A DNA stretch of 64,000 nt from NCBI GenBank assembly GCA_045656605.1, contig JAZORO010000070.1, forward strand, positions 731 through 64,730. The letters run 5' to 3'. The DNA is from Eubacteriales bacterium (GTDB lineage: Bacteria; Bacillota; Clostridia; Oscillospirales; CAG-272). The position numbers were made by a program, and so were the translations under genes. A model generated the notes under the pieces. It ran no database searches. It was not told where the DNA came from and saw only the letters and a list, made by a program, of their open reading frames with translations. Shown piece after piece: positions 56,162 to 64,000 of this stretch; position 1 is the stretch's first letter, and every line of letters starts with the position of its first letter.

Positions 56162-56899
56162 TCATATCACGTACGAGTCATTGTCCGTAATTTTTCTCAC
56201 GTGAGGGCAGAAGAGCTCTGCACGGTATCTCGGTGTCAAGAATCTCACGGCATTTTTTATGATAGTCTGTACCTCGGGCACCTTATAGGTCGGGAAGGTC
56301 TCGTGTCCGGGCTGGAAATAGAAAATCTTTCCGTTTCCTCTCTCGTAAAGAAGCCCCGAGCGGAAGACCTCGCCGCCGGAATAGCTACTTATCAAAAGCA
56401 CCTTTTCCGGGTTAGGAACGATGAACGGCTCACCGTACGTTTCCTCGTTATCAAGCGTAAAATATCTGTCGATCCCCTGCGTTATAGGATGAGAAGGGTC
56501 GACAACCCACAAGACCTCGGAATCACTCGACTCACGCCAGCACAGATGACAGGGCGTGCCCATAAGACGCTTAAAGGGCTTGGAGTGATGGGCCGAATGA
56601 AGAAAAATCATCCCCATTCCGCTATGCACGGCGTCGCATACAAGCTCTGCTGCCTCGTCAGGCACTCTTCCGTGCGCTATATGACCCCACCAAATCAAAA
56701 CGTCCGTTTCTTCGAGAATCTCTTTGGTTATTCCGCAATTCTCATCGTCGAGCGTTGCAACTCTTACGGTTATATCATCCTCTTCACCGAGGAAATCAGC
56801 GATTGTGCGATGGATACCTTCCGGGTAGACAGTCGCTACCGCCTCGTCCTCTTTTTCGTGTATAAATTCATTCCAAACAAGTACACGTATCAAAATCAA
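56162..56899 (-). CDS. ThuA domain-containing protein
   Basis: 'VLVWNEFIHE' and 'DVLIWWGH' are present and the overall pattern is class-I glutamine-amidotransferase-like. Confidence 0.7.
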   Translation of the reverse strand: MILIRVLVWNEFIHEKEDEAVATVYPEGIHRTIADFLGEEDDITVRVATLDDENCGITKEILEETDVLIWWGHIAHGRVPDEAAELVCDAVHSGMGMIFLHSAHHSKPFKRLMGTPCHLCWRESSDSEVLWVVDPSHPITQGIDRYFTLDNEETYGEPFIVPNPEKVLLISSYSGGEVFRSGLLYERGNGKIFYFQPGHETFPTYKVPEVQTIIKNAVRFLTPRYRAELFCPHVRKITDNDSYVI

Positions 56900-57073
56900 A
56901 TCCTTCTTTTCAAATGCTTTATTTTTTACTTCATTATATCACTCACAAAAACAGTTTTCAATACTTTTAGAATTTTTTAAAGCAAACCGTGCCCGGGCAA
57001 GCCCTTGACAACACTCGAAAAATTTGATATACTCGTCCAAGACAAAAACCTTAACCGGCATTTGGAGGAACCT

Positions 57074-57889
57074 ATGCTACTTTGCGATTATCACGTACAT
57101 ACACGCTTCTGCGATGGGAATGACGAGCCTTCGGCTATTGCTAAAAGAGCCTATGAGCTCGGCTTCTCTTACCTCGGTTTTTCCCGTCACGGCTTCTTTG
57201 AATTCAAATTAGATAAGAGCTTTGAGTTAATTGACAATGAATATAAAAATGCGATATCCGCACTTAAGGAAGAGTACGGAAAGAAGGGTCTGACCATATT
57301 CACAGGGGCAGAGGTCGATTATATATCCGAGGAAAAGCTAACGGGCTACGACTATACTATCGGCTCGGTGCACTACCTTTCCTGCGGCGGTAAGGAGCTG
57401 ACGTTCGATACTCGAACGCCCGATATGATTTACTCAATGACAGACGAGTACTTCGACGGTAGCTTTGATAAGCTGGCTGAAGCTTATTTTGCAAGGGTCG
57501 GCAGCCTCTTTGACAAGAGGAACTTTGATATAATCGGTCACTTCGACCTTATATCAAAATTTGCGGAAAAGGAGAATTTCCGTCTGACCGATAAATATTA
57601 CCTTGCCGGATTTGAGGCGATAGACCGACTTTTAAAAAGCGGAAAGCCCTTCGAAATAAACACCGGCGCAATAGCGAGAGGTTATCGTAAGACGCCTTAT
57701 CCTTCTCGCCCCTTTCTCGAGTACATAAGAAAAAAAGGCGGAAAGATAGTGATAACGGGAGATTGCCACTCCCAGGAACATCTCGGCAGGTACAACTCAC
57801 TCGGTGTAAAATTTGCAAGAGACTGCGGTTTCGACTCAAGAATGATTCTCACGGAGATGGGCTGGGTAGAGATAGATCTCTTCGCATAA
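57074..57889 (+). CDS. histidinol-phosphatase HisJ family / PHP-domain phosphoesterase
   Basis: 'CDYHVHTRFCDG' and 'GSVHY' are present. The start follows GGAGGAA. Confidence 0.75.
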   Translation: MLLCDYHVHTRFCDGNDEPSAIAKRAYELGFSYLGFSRHGFFEFKLDKSFELIDNEYKNAISALKEEYGKKGLTIFTGAEVDYISEEKLTGYDYTIGSVHYLSCGGKELTFDTRTPDMIYSMTDEYFDGSFDKLAEAYFARVGSLFDKRNFDIIGHFDLISKFAEKENFRLTDKYYLAGFEAIDRLLKSGKPFEINTGAIARGYRKTPYPSRPFLEYIRKKGGKIVITGDCHSQEHLGRYNSLGVKFARDCGFDSRMILTEMGWVEIDLFA

Positions 57890-57893
57890 AATT

Positions 57894-57936
57894 AAAAACG
57901 AGCAAAATGCGAAATAAAGCATTTTGCTCGTTTTTT
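57894..57936. terminator. bidirectional rho-independent terminator
   Basis: A 13-bp stem, ACGAGCAAAATGC/GCATTTTGCTCGT, is flanked by an A-run and TTTTTT. Confidence 0.8.
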
Positions 57937-57966
57937 GCAAACATCTATTTACATATATGGCTATTA

Positions 57967-58728
57967 TTACTCCTTTACCGAAAGGGTGGCGATATAAGTT
58001 TCAACTCCTAGGTCTTCAAGATACCCTGTCCCATTCGTATCGCTGTATATATCGACGAGACGGAATCCCGCCTTCAGCTGTCCCCCTATCTGCTCGGATA
58101 CAGTATGAGAGAACTGCATTCCGCAATCCTCTTCTTCGAGCATACGCCTTTGCTCTGCGTTTACAAGAGGGTTGAAGGGCATATGATTCATTATCTGTCT
58201 CTCATCCTCATTCACAAGATAATTCACCTCGTTGCCGAGCCCCGAGAGAAGTCTGCCGCCCCTCTTAAGAATTCTGTAGCATTCCTTGAATATAGGCTCT
58301 ACACTCTCGACGTAGCAGTTCGAAACGGGGTGGAAAACGAGGTCAAACTCTCCGTCGGGAAACGGCAACGGCTTAGTCATATCTGCCTTTATTATATCTA
58401 TACTGTACCCCTCTCTTTCAGAAACCAGCCTCTCGCTCTCAAGCTGTCTTTCCGAATAATCTAGTACGGTGCATTCCGCCCCGAGTGCGGCAAAAATCGG
58501 CATCTGCTGACCGCCGCCAGAAGCAAGCCCGAGAACCTTCCTTCCCTTCAAGTCTCCGAACCACTCCTTCGGTACGGGCTTCGTGGGTGTGAGAAGAACA
58601 CTCCACTCACCCGACTTCGCCTTCTCGAACTGCTCGTGGCTGATTGGTACACCCCATTCCCAGCCCTCGTCGACCCATCTATCGATTGTTCTTGAGTTTA
58701 TCTCCTGATAGCTTAAATTCTTATCCAT
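57967..58728 (-). CDS. class I SAM-dependent methyltransferase
   Basis: It has the SAM motif I 'VLGLASGGGQQ' and an acidic residue after beta-2 ('VLDYSE'). Confidence 0.75.
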   Translation of the reverse strand: MDKNLSYQEINSRTIDRWVDEGWEWGVPISHEQFEKAKSGEWSVLLTPTKPVPKEWFGDLKGRKVLGLASGGGQQMPIFAALGAECTVLDYSERQLESERLVSEREGYSIDIIKADMTKPLPFPDGEFDLVFHPVSNCYVESVEPIFKECYRILKRGGRLLSGLGNEVNYLVNEDERQIMNHMPFNPLVNAEQRRMLEEEDCGMQFSHTVSEQIGGQLKAGFRLVDIYSDTNGTGYLEDLGVETYIATLSVKE

Positions 58729-58938
58729 ATGCATTTCCTTTTATGACTTTAATGATACTATTTTATCATTCTTAAAAAGACTTTTCAAGAAAAACATAAA
58801 AATCTTTTCCTTTATATTGGTTTTGTACACAAAAAAACTCATTTAACGGCTCACCTTGACTTTTACTAAGCTTTAAAGTATAATGAAGGCGAATTACTCG
58901 GTAGAATACGCCGCATCAATTCAAAAAGGAGCCAGATA

Positions 58939-59754
58939 ATGAAAACCGACCCTAGCGTAAAGAGTATTATTCTAAAATGGTATAAGACCCTCGGATTTAA
59001 GGATGAATACGACGCTGAATTTGAAAAAGGACTTGACTCGGTATACGTCGATAAGTGTGCGAATGTTGATAGCTACGGCTTCGACTGTGAGGACGGCGTA
59101 GCTAACTTCCTTCATTATTTATACTTTCTTGAAAAGATGGAAAAAGATTACGTAGAAAAGCGTATACCCTATGAAATTTTTCTTGACACGGCTATCGACG
59201 TTGTAAGGTGGACTGATATATGGAGCGAGCTTAAGGGTAGGCTGTATCTCGGCGAGCTGGAATGGCTCTGGCATATACTGACTCTTAGGATTATCAAGCT
59301 CGGCAGACTTCAGTTCTGCCGCAAGAGCCTATCGTGCGACATACCAGAATACGGACTAAAAAAAGGAGACCCCGTGCTCGACGTACATATACCCGCCGCA
59401 GGACCTATGACCCCCGAGGAATGTGAGCGCTCCTTTGCTCTTTGCAAGGAGTTCTTCCCTGAGTTCTACCCGGATTTCGACTACAAGTGCTTTACCTGCC
59501 ACTCGTGGCTACTGGACGATACGATAGCCGACCTTGTGGGTTATGAGAGCAACATTATGTCCTTCGGCAGAAGGTTCAAAATTATAAAAAAAGAGCCTTC
59601 ATACGCAATACTCAGCTACACGATACGCTGGAAGACGAACAAGGATAACGTCAGCGAATCAAATCCCTCGACCCGTCTCGGTAAGGCGGTGAAGGAAGCC
59701 GTGCTTAACGGAAGAGAGCTTTACGCAGGATTTGGCATAATACCGAGAAATTAA
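58939..59754 (+). CDS. N-acyltransferase-like protein (NAT_N / GNAT-like C-terminal architecture)
   Basis: 'LDVHIPAAGPMTPEECERSFALCKEFFPE' and 'FTCHSWLLD' fit a family I recall as acyltransferase-domain proteins. This is recognition only. Confidence 0.4.
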   Translation: MKTDPSVKSIILKWYKTLGFKDEYDAEFEKGLDSVYVDKCANVDSYGFDCEDGVANFLHYLYFLEKMEKDYVEKRIPYEIFLDTAIDVVRWTDIWSELKGRLYLGELEWLWHILTLRIIKLGRLQFCRKSLSCDIPEYGLKKGDPVLDVHIPAAGPMTPEECERSFALCKEFFPEFYPDFDYKCFTCHSWLLDDTIADLVGYESNIMSFGRRFKIIKKEPSYAILSYTIRWKTNKDNVSESNPSTRLGKAVKEAVLNGRELYAGFGIIPRN

Positions 59755-59796
59755 CGCAAACATACAAAGATCGCCACATCGAAAGGAGACGTACAA

Positions 59797-61116
59797 ATGA
59801 CAGAGCTTATCTTTTCCTTTGATACAGAGGACTTCACCTCCAACACGGCCGCCGACTCTATAAGGGACGAGGCGCGCATACTGAGAGAAGAGGGGGTCAG
59901 AGGCTGCTTTCTTATGGTTGGGCTTCTCGCAAGGTCGCTCGAGAAATGGCAGAGAGACGACGTAATAGAGGAGCTGAAGCACCACGAGGTCGGACTGCAC
60001 AGCTACGGTCACACCCTGCACCCCACTATAAACGAATATACAGACGTCGAGGACTTCTCTGTGGCGTACAATCTCGTTATGAAAGAGGAGACGCTTGCAA
60101 ACGAGCTTGTAAAAAGAGTTGCGAAAAGAGATAGACTATATGCCGCCTGCCCTCCCGGAAACCAGAAGAACTACGTAGCGATGTACGCCTACCGTGATAT
60201 GGGCATTCCTATATACACCGACACTCTGTGCGATACGGCAGACGGAGACGGCGCTTACTACTGCAACATTTACCAGATTAGGTACACGTTTATGATGGAG
60301 AGCCTGCTCTTTAAGGAGTGCTCCGATGATGACTTAAAGCAGGTGCTCGACGAGCTGGCTTTGAAGAAGAGAGCCGTGATCTTCACCCACCCGAACAACG
60401 TGCTTTTCAGCCAGGCGTGGGATGAGCAATTCTACAAGTACAACCGCACCGAGTTCGACTGCTGGGTAGAGGGCGAGAGACGTCCTATTGAGGATTCTAT
60501 GCGCTTCTACGAAAACTTCAGACGGCTTGTCAGAATGGTTAAAAACGATAAGCGCTTCAAAATCACGACCTACTCCGAGATCGCCGAGAGGCTGGAGAGT
60601 GAGCCCGAGAGAAGAGTGACTGTCGACGACGTACCCGAGATACGCCGCAGGATAGAGGAGAGGCTCTATCCGATATCCTCACCCTTAAATTTGTCGCTCT
60701 CGGATATTTTCTATTCCTGCGTAGACCTTCTTTGCGGCAAGAAAGTTCACAAATGCGAGAAGGTATACGGGCTATTATATCAGCCGTATGCTATCACCGA
60801 GCCGCTCACCGTACACGCCGGAGCAATCAGAGACAGCGCAAAAAGTCTCTCTTACGGCTTTATTCCGGAGAAAGTAAAGGTTGCCGGCGTCGATCTCGGC
60901 CCTGCGGATTGGCTCAGAGCGGCCCTCGCTATACTGTCGGGTGAAGAGAGCTATACCATAATGCCGAAGGAGAATATGCCCTCTCTGGATGCATTCCCGA
61001 GACTGGACACGATAAGCTTCAAGGGCGGATGGATGCAGAGCGACGAGTTTATGGACAACTACGTATCGGACCGTCTGAGACTGCAAAGCTGGACTATGAG
61101 ATTCCCCGAAATATAA
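59797..61116 (+). CDS. polysaccharide deacetylase (CE4/NodB)-like protein
   Basis: 'FSFDTEDF' is TFDDG-like, and 'LHSYGH' matches the H(S/T)xxH motif. Confidence 0.4.
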   Translation: MTELIFSFDTEDFTSNTAADSIRDEARILREEGVRGCFLMVGLLARSLEKWQRDDVIEELKHHEVGLHSYGHTLHPTINEYTDVEDFSVAYNLVMKEETLANELVKRVAKRDRLYAACPPGNQKNYVAMYAYRDMGIPIYTDTLCDTADGDGAYYCNIYQIRYTFMMESLLFKECSDDDLKQVLDELALKKRAVIFTHPNNVLFSQAWDEQFYKYNRTEFDCWVEGERRPIEDSMRFYENFRRLVRMVKNDKRFKITTYSEIAERLESEPERRVTVDDVPEIRRRIEERLYPISSPLNLSLSDIFYSCVDLLCGKKVHKCEKVYGLLYQPYAITEPLTVHAGAIRDSAKSLSYGFIPEKVKVAGVDLGPADWLRAALAILSGEESYTIMPKENMPSLDAFPRLDTISFKGGWMQSDEFMDNYVSDRLRLQSWTMRFPEI

Positions 61117-61122
61117 AAGAAA

Positions 61123-61160
61123 AAGGCGAGAGCAGAGGGTTTTCCTTCTATTCTCGCCTT
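61123..61160. terminator. possible bidirectional terminator
   Basis: The stem AAGGCGAGA/TCTCGCCTT has a 20-nt loop. Confidence 0.4.
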
Positions 61161-61174
61161 ATTCAGTTTCGGAT

Positions 61175-61495
61175 TTAATCCTCAAATATCAGCACGTCGA
61201 AGAAGTCTATCTTGCAAATCTCGGCGTACAGCATAATGTCCTCAATCTGCGGCTTGCTGACTCCCCTCTCCCAATTGAGTATCACGCTGTCGGATACGTT
61301 AAATATCTCGGCGAGCTCAGCCTGGCTGATGCTGCTGTCCATCTCAAAGCGGCACTTCTCGCAATTGCCGTCGCCTCTGCACTCCAGAGTTCCCTCTCTC
61401 AGCGTTTTACATACGAATCTTCTGAGATTAATATTATCCCTTCTGAGAAGCTTCAGATTCTGACCTGTGGTCGTCCAATCGATAAACTTGCGCAT
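61175..61495 (-). CDS. XRE-family HTH protein with a Cys-rich insertion
   Basis: 'ISQAELAEIFNVSDSVILNWERG' forms the HTH and is preceded by 'CKTLREGTLECRGDGNCEKC'. The start is set at MRKF, which follows GGGGGTGG. Confidence 0.65.
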   Translation of the reverse strand: MRKFIDWTTTGQNLKLLRRDNINLRRFVCKTLREGTLECRGDGNCEKCRFEMDSSISQAELAEIFNVSDSVILNWERGVSKPQIEDIMLYAEICKIDFFDVLIFED

Positions 61496-61733
61496 ATGTC
61501 CACCCCCGTGTATGCTTGTGCGGAGCGGATATCCGCCTCGCCCCCAATTTCTTGTCTTTATTCTACCATAGATAAAAACACAAGTCAACGGAGTTTTTCG
61601 CAATTTCACCTCACCTCTTTTCAAAAAACCGTTTACTATTCGGAATATTTAAAAAGGCGGCCGCCTCTTCTTGACAAAAGCATCGGATAGTGATAGAATC
61701 ATTGATGTTATAATCAGAGAAAAAGGAAAACAA

Positions 61734-62660
61734 ATGGGAATAAAAAGATTTTTTCACCCCTTGATACTCCTGCTTGCGGCGGCTCTTTGGGGATTTGCCT
61801 TCGTTGCGCAGGAAAAGGCGTCCGGGGTGGGCGCATTCGCTCTCGGAGCAGCCAGGAGCGCACTAGCTACGGTATTTCTCACAATACTTATTATAGTGTT
61901 TGATAAAATCACTAAAAACGGTCGCCGTCTTGTTTCCAAGAGCGGCATAGACTTTACAAAATCCGAGCTTATCGGCGGATGCGTCAGCGGACTTGCACTT
62001 ACCGTCGCATCGGCCTTCCAGCAGCTCGGTATAAACCAGGGCACGGACAGTGGTAAAGCGGCGTTTGTCACCGCTCTTTACGTAGTACTCGTGCCTGTGT
62101 ACGCTTTGGCGCTTAAAAAGAGAGCTCCGATTAACGTATGGATAAGCGTGGTTATAGCCGTTGTCGGCTTCTACCTTTTGTGCATAAAGAACGGGCTGTC
62201 CATTCTCCCGTCCGATGCGCTGGTGCTCGCCTGCGCCTTTACCTTCCCTCTGCAAATTCTCTCGATAGACCATTTCTCGAAAAAATGCGACTGCATAAGG
62301 CTCTCCTGCATACAGTTTGCCTCTGCGGCAGTATTCAATACCGCAATATCTCTTGTACTCGAAGAGCCTGTCTTGGAGATGAGTCACGTGATCGATGCGT
62401 TCCCGTCGGTGCTCTACCTTGGAATCGTATCGAGCGGTATCGCTTACACTCTGCAAATTGTCGGACAGAAGGGCGTTAACCCCACGGCAGCAACGCTGAT
62501 TATGTCCTTGGAATCCGTGTTTGGCGTTATCGGAGCGACCTTAATTATCGGCACGAGGCTCGAGCCGAGGGAATACGTCGGTTGCGCCGTCGTGCTAAGT
62601 GCTGTAATTATCTCACAGCTTGAATTCAAGAAGACGCCGAAGAAGAGCTTCAAAGAATAA
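61734..62660 (+). CDS. DMT (EamA) family transporter
   Basis: It has 10 TM segments in two EamA-like halves. The start is set at MGIKR, which follows AAAGGAAAA. Confidence 0.8.
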   Translation: MGIKRFFHPLILLLAAALWGFAFVAQEKASGVGAFALGAARSALATVFLTILIIVFDKITKNGRRLVSKSGIDFTKSELIGGCVSGLALTVASAFQQLGINQGTDSGKAAFVTALYVVLVPVYALALKKRAPINVWISVVIAVVGFYLLCIKNGLSILPSDALVLACAFTFPLQILSIDHFSKKCDCIRLSCIQFASAAVFNTAISLVLEEPVLEMSHVIDAFPSVLYLGIVSSGIAYTLQIVGQKGVNPTAATLIMSLESVFGVIGATLIIGTRLEPREYVGCAVVLSAVIISQLEFKKTPKKSFKE

Positions 62661-62739
62661 GGAAAAAGAATATAATAGCTAAGAAGGAGCGTTAAATTGT
62701 AAAAACCGCTCGCTTCTAAAATCGCACGGAGAAACAAGA

Positions 62740-62775
62740 AACGGCGAGGATGTAAAAATCCTCGCCGTTTTATTA
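62740..62775. terminator. bidirectional terminator
   Basis: A 12-bp stem, AACGGCGAGGAT/ATCCTCGCCGTT, is followed by TTATTAT. Confidence 0.7.
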
Positions 62776-62790
62776 TGCTTAAAAAAATAC

Positions 62791-63942
62791 TTAGAGGTCT
62801 ATGTCTCTGTTCTCAAGTGCGCTGAGTCCTACACGGAACGCTCTTGAGGCTACTAGTCTGTCTTCCTCATTCTCGCTCTGCATCATAGGCAGAAGCCTGC
62901 GATAAATTTCTCCCGCAACAGACATATCTCTCTCGAAGTACTCTGTGCCGTAAAGAGGTACGGTCTTATCCTCAAGCTTGAAGTAATAAAGGCCAAAAGC
63001 ATCGCATTCCAGACTCTTGGGAACGATAAACCTCGGGTCTACGTACCCTGTCAGCTCAACGGAGAGAGCCGTATCGACGCCGTACTTCTTGCTGCTTATA
63101 AGCTGGCTGATTCTGTTCGTTATCTCGTTATTTGCGCTGACTCCCGTTATGTCTATTTGTTCGGTAACAAATCTAAGATGGCCGAAGGTGACGTGCTTTC
63201 CGTCTATCGAGAGCTCTCCGTCGTTGTAATCAACCGAAAGGAGCTTTACACCGCCGACGTACGGATTGTCAAAGCCTGTACACTCGAGCGAGCCGCAATA
63301 GCTGTACATAGATCCGCCCTTCTTGACAAACTCGGTCTTCTCGTGGCGTGAGCCGAGCGCATAATAATCCGCTCCAAAACGGCTCATATCCGTAAGAGAA
63401 ATCGGGCAGGTCGTAGAATCGAGCTCACCGCCCAAATCCGCATATCCGCACACGATATTTATCTTCGTGCCGTCGTCAACGTGGCTGTCGTATAAGGGAT
63501 TTGTCGTCATATTCTCATCCTGAAACGCCCAGCCGTATACGGTAACCCTGTCCTCCTCAAAGTCAAACCTGGAGAGGCTCTCAGAGGAGAATACGTAACA
63601 GTTCGACGGAAGCCTGCCGGACAGATAAATAGGATTATCTCTGTAAGCGTCGCTCCTGCCGGGTGCGATAACAAACTTTGTATCAGGGCAGTTTCTAAGC
63701 TCTCTGATAATAACCTCAGCCGTATTATTAGTCACGTATTTAGTATCAAAGAGGTCGCCGCTTACAAGAACGTAATTAACCCCGCGCTCTCTGATGAACT
63801 CCATCATACGCATAAAGGTCGCTCTCTTCTCTCTGTGGCGCTCAGCGCTCTTTTCTGCAGTCATACCAACGTAAGGCAAATCAAGATGTATGTCACTGCA
63901 ATGAAGAAACTTAAGCTTCTTGCTAAAGCTCGACTTTTCCAT
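62791..63942 (-). CDS. metallophosphoesterase, SbcD/YhaO-like DNA repair exonuclease
   Basis: 'FLHCSDIHLD', 'VLVSGDLFD' and a later 'GSRH' are calcineurin-like phosphoesterase motifs. Confidence 0.75.
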   Translation of the reverse strand: MEKSSFSKKLKFLHCSDIHLDLPYVGMTAEKSAERHREKRATFMRMMEFIRERGVNYVLVSGDLFDTKYVTNNTAEVIIRELRNCPDTKFVIAPGRSDAYRDNPIYLSGRLPSNCYVFSSESLSRFDFEEDRVTVYGWAFQDENMTTNPLYDSHVDDGTKINIVCGYADLGGELDSTTCPISLTDMSRFGADYYALGSRHEKTEFVKKGGSMYSYCGSLECTGFDNPYVGGVKLLSVDYNDGELSIDGKHVTFGHLRFVTEQIDITGVSANNEITNRISQLISSKKYGVDTALSVELTGYVDPRFIVPKSLECDAFGLYYFKLEDKTVPLYGTEYFERDMSVAGEIYRRLLPMMQSENEEDRLVASRAFRVGLSALENRDIDL

Positions 63943-64000
63943 AGTCTTCCCCCTTTAGAAACATTCTTTCATTTATACTAAGTATATCACCTTATAATAG

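Noticed and set aside
1-64000. A search by eye for CRISPR arrays, tRNA/rRNA genes, IS inverted repeats and long direct repeats.
   Set aside because: I saw no regularly spaced repeats, no cloverleaf-like or rRNA-like segments in the intergenic regions, and no transposase ORFs. The only mobility gene is the serine recombinase. A proper scan (tRNAscan-SE, Infernal, repeat finders) is still needed to be sure.

Overview
The window looks like a chromosomal segment of a Gram-positive anaerobe, probably Clostridia. Evidence for that is GGAGG-type ribosome-binding sites, many TGn-extended -10 promoters, PFOR, AckA, FeoAB, and many glycosidase and transporter genes. I saw no rRNA, tRNA or CRISPR array. 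Positions 1-2.9 kb hold the edge of a mobile element: a visibly AT-rich segment with a 5'-partial HEPN-like gene, a small ORF and a large serine recombinase. Directly downstream, at 3.07-9.48 kb, is a tightly packed six-gene operon that I cannot assign to any described pathway. It has a tandemly duplicated pair (a radical-SAM-like enzyme with a CX8CX2C motif, translationally coupled to a two-TM membrane-anchored protein resembling the TrpRS/TyrRS class-I aaRS catalytic domain), then a short divergent ThiC-family enzyme and a Nudix hydrolase. This operon is the best candidate for a novel system. The rest is mostly housekeeping or accessory metabolism: udk-like kinase, greA, ackA, ppa, feoA-feoB plus a DtxR-family regulator with matching operators, PFOR, nth, maf, a poly-Gly lipoprotein, and a DeoR / YjbQ / transaldolase-like / E2-E3-fused E1 / LplA cluster. 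It also includes a Na/Pi transporter, MgtC, an orphan OadB with an unlisted mini-ORF, two MATE pumps, AraC-melA, a doubly frameshifted GH38 alpha-mannosidase, an ABC/DUF1854 pair, ThuA and others. All calls rest on reading the translations and DNA by eye, with no database search, so family assignments are recognition from memory.
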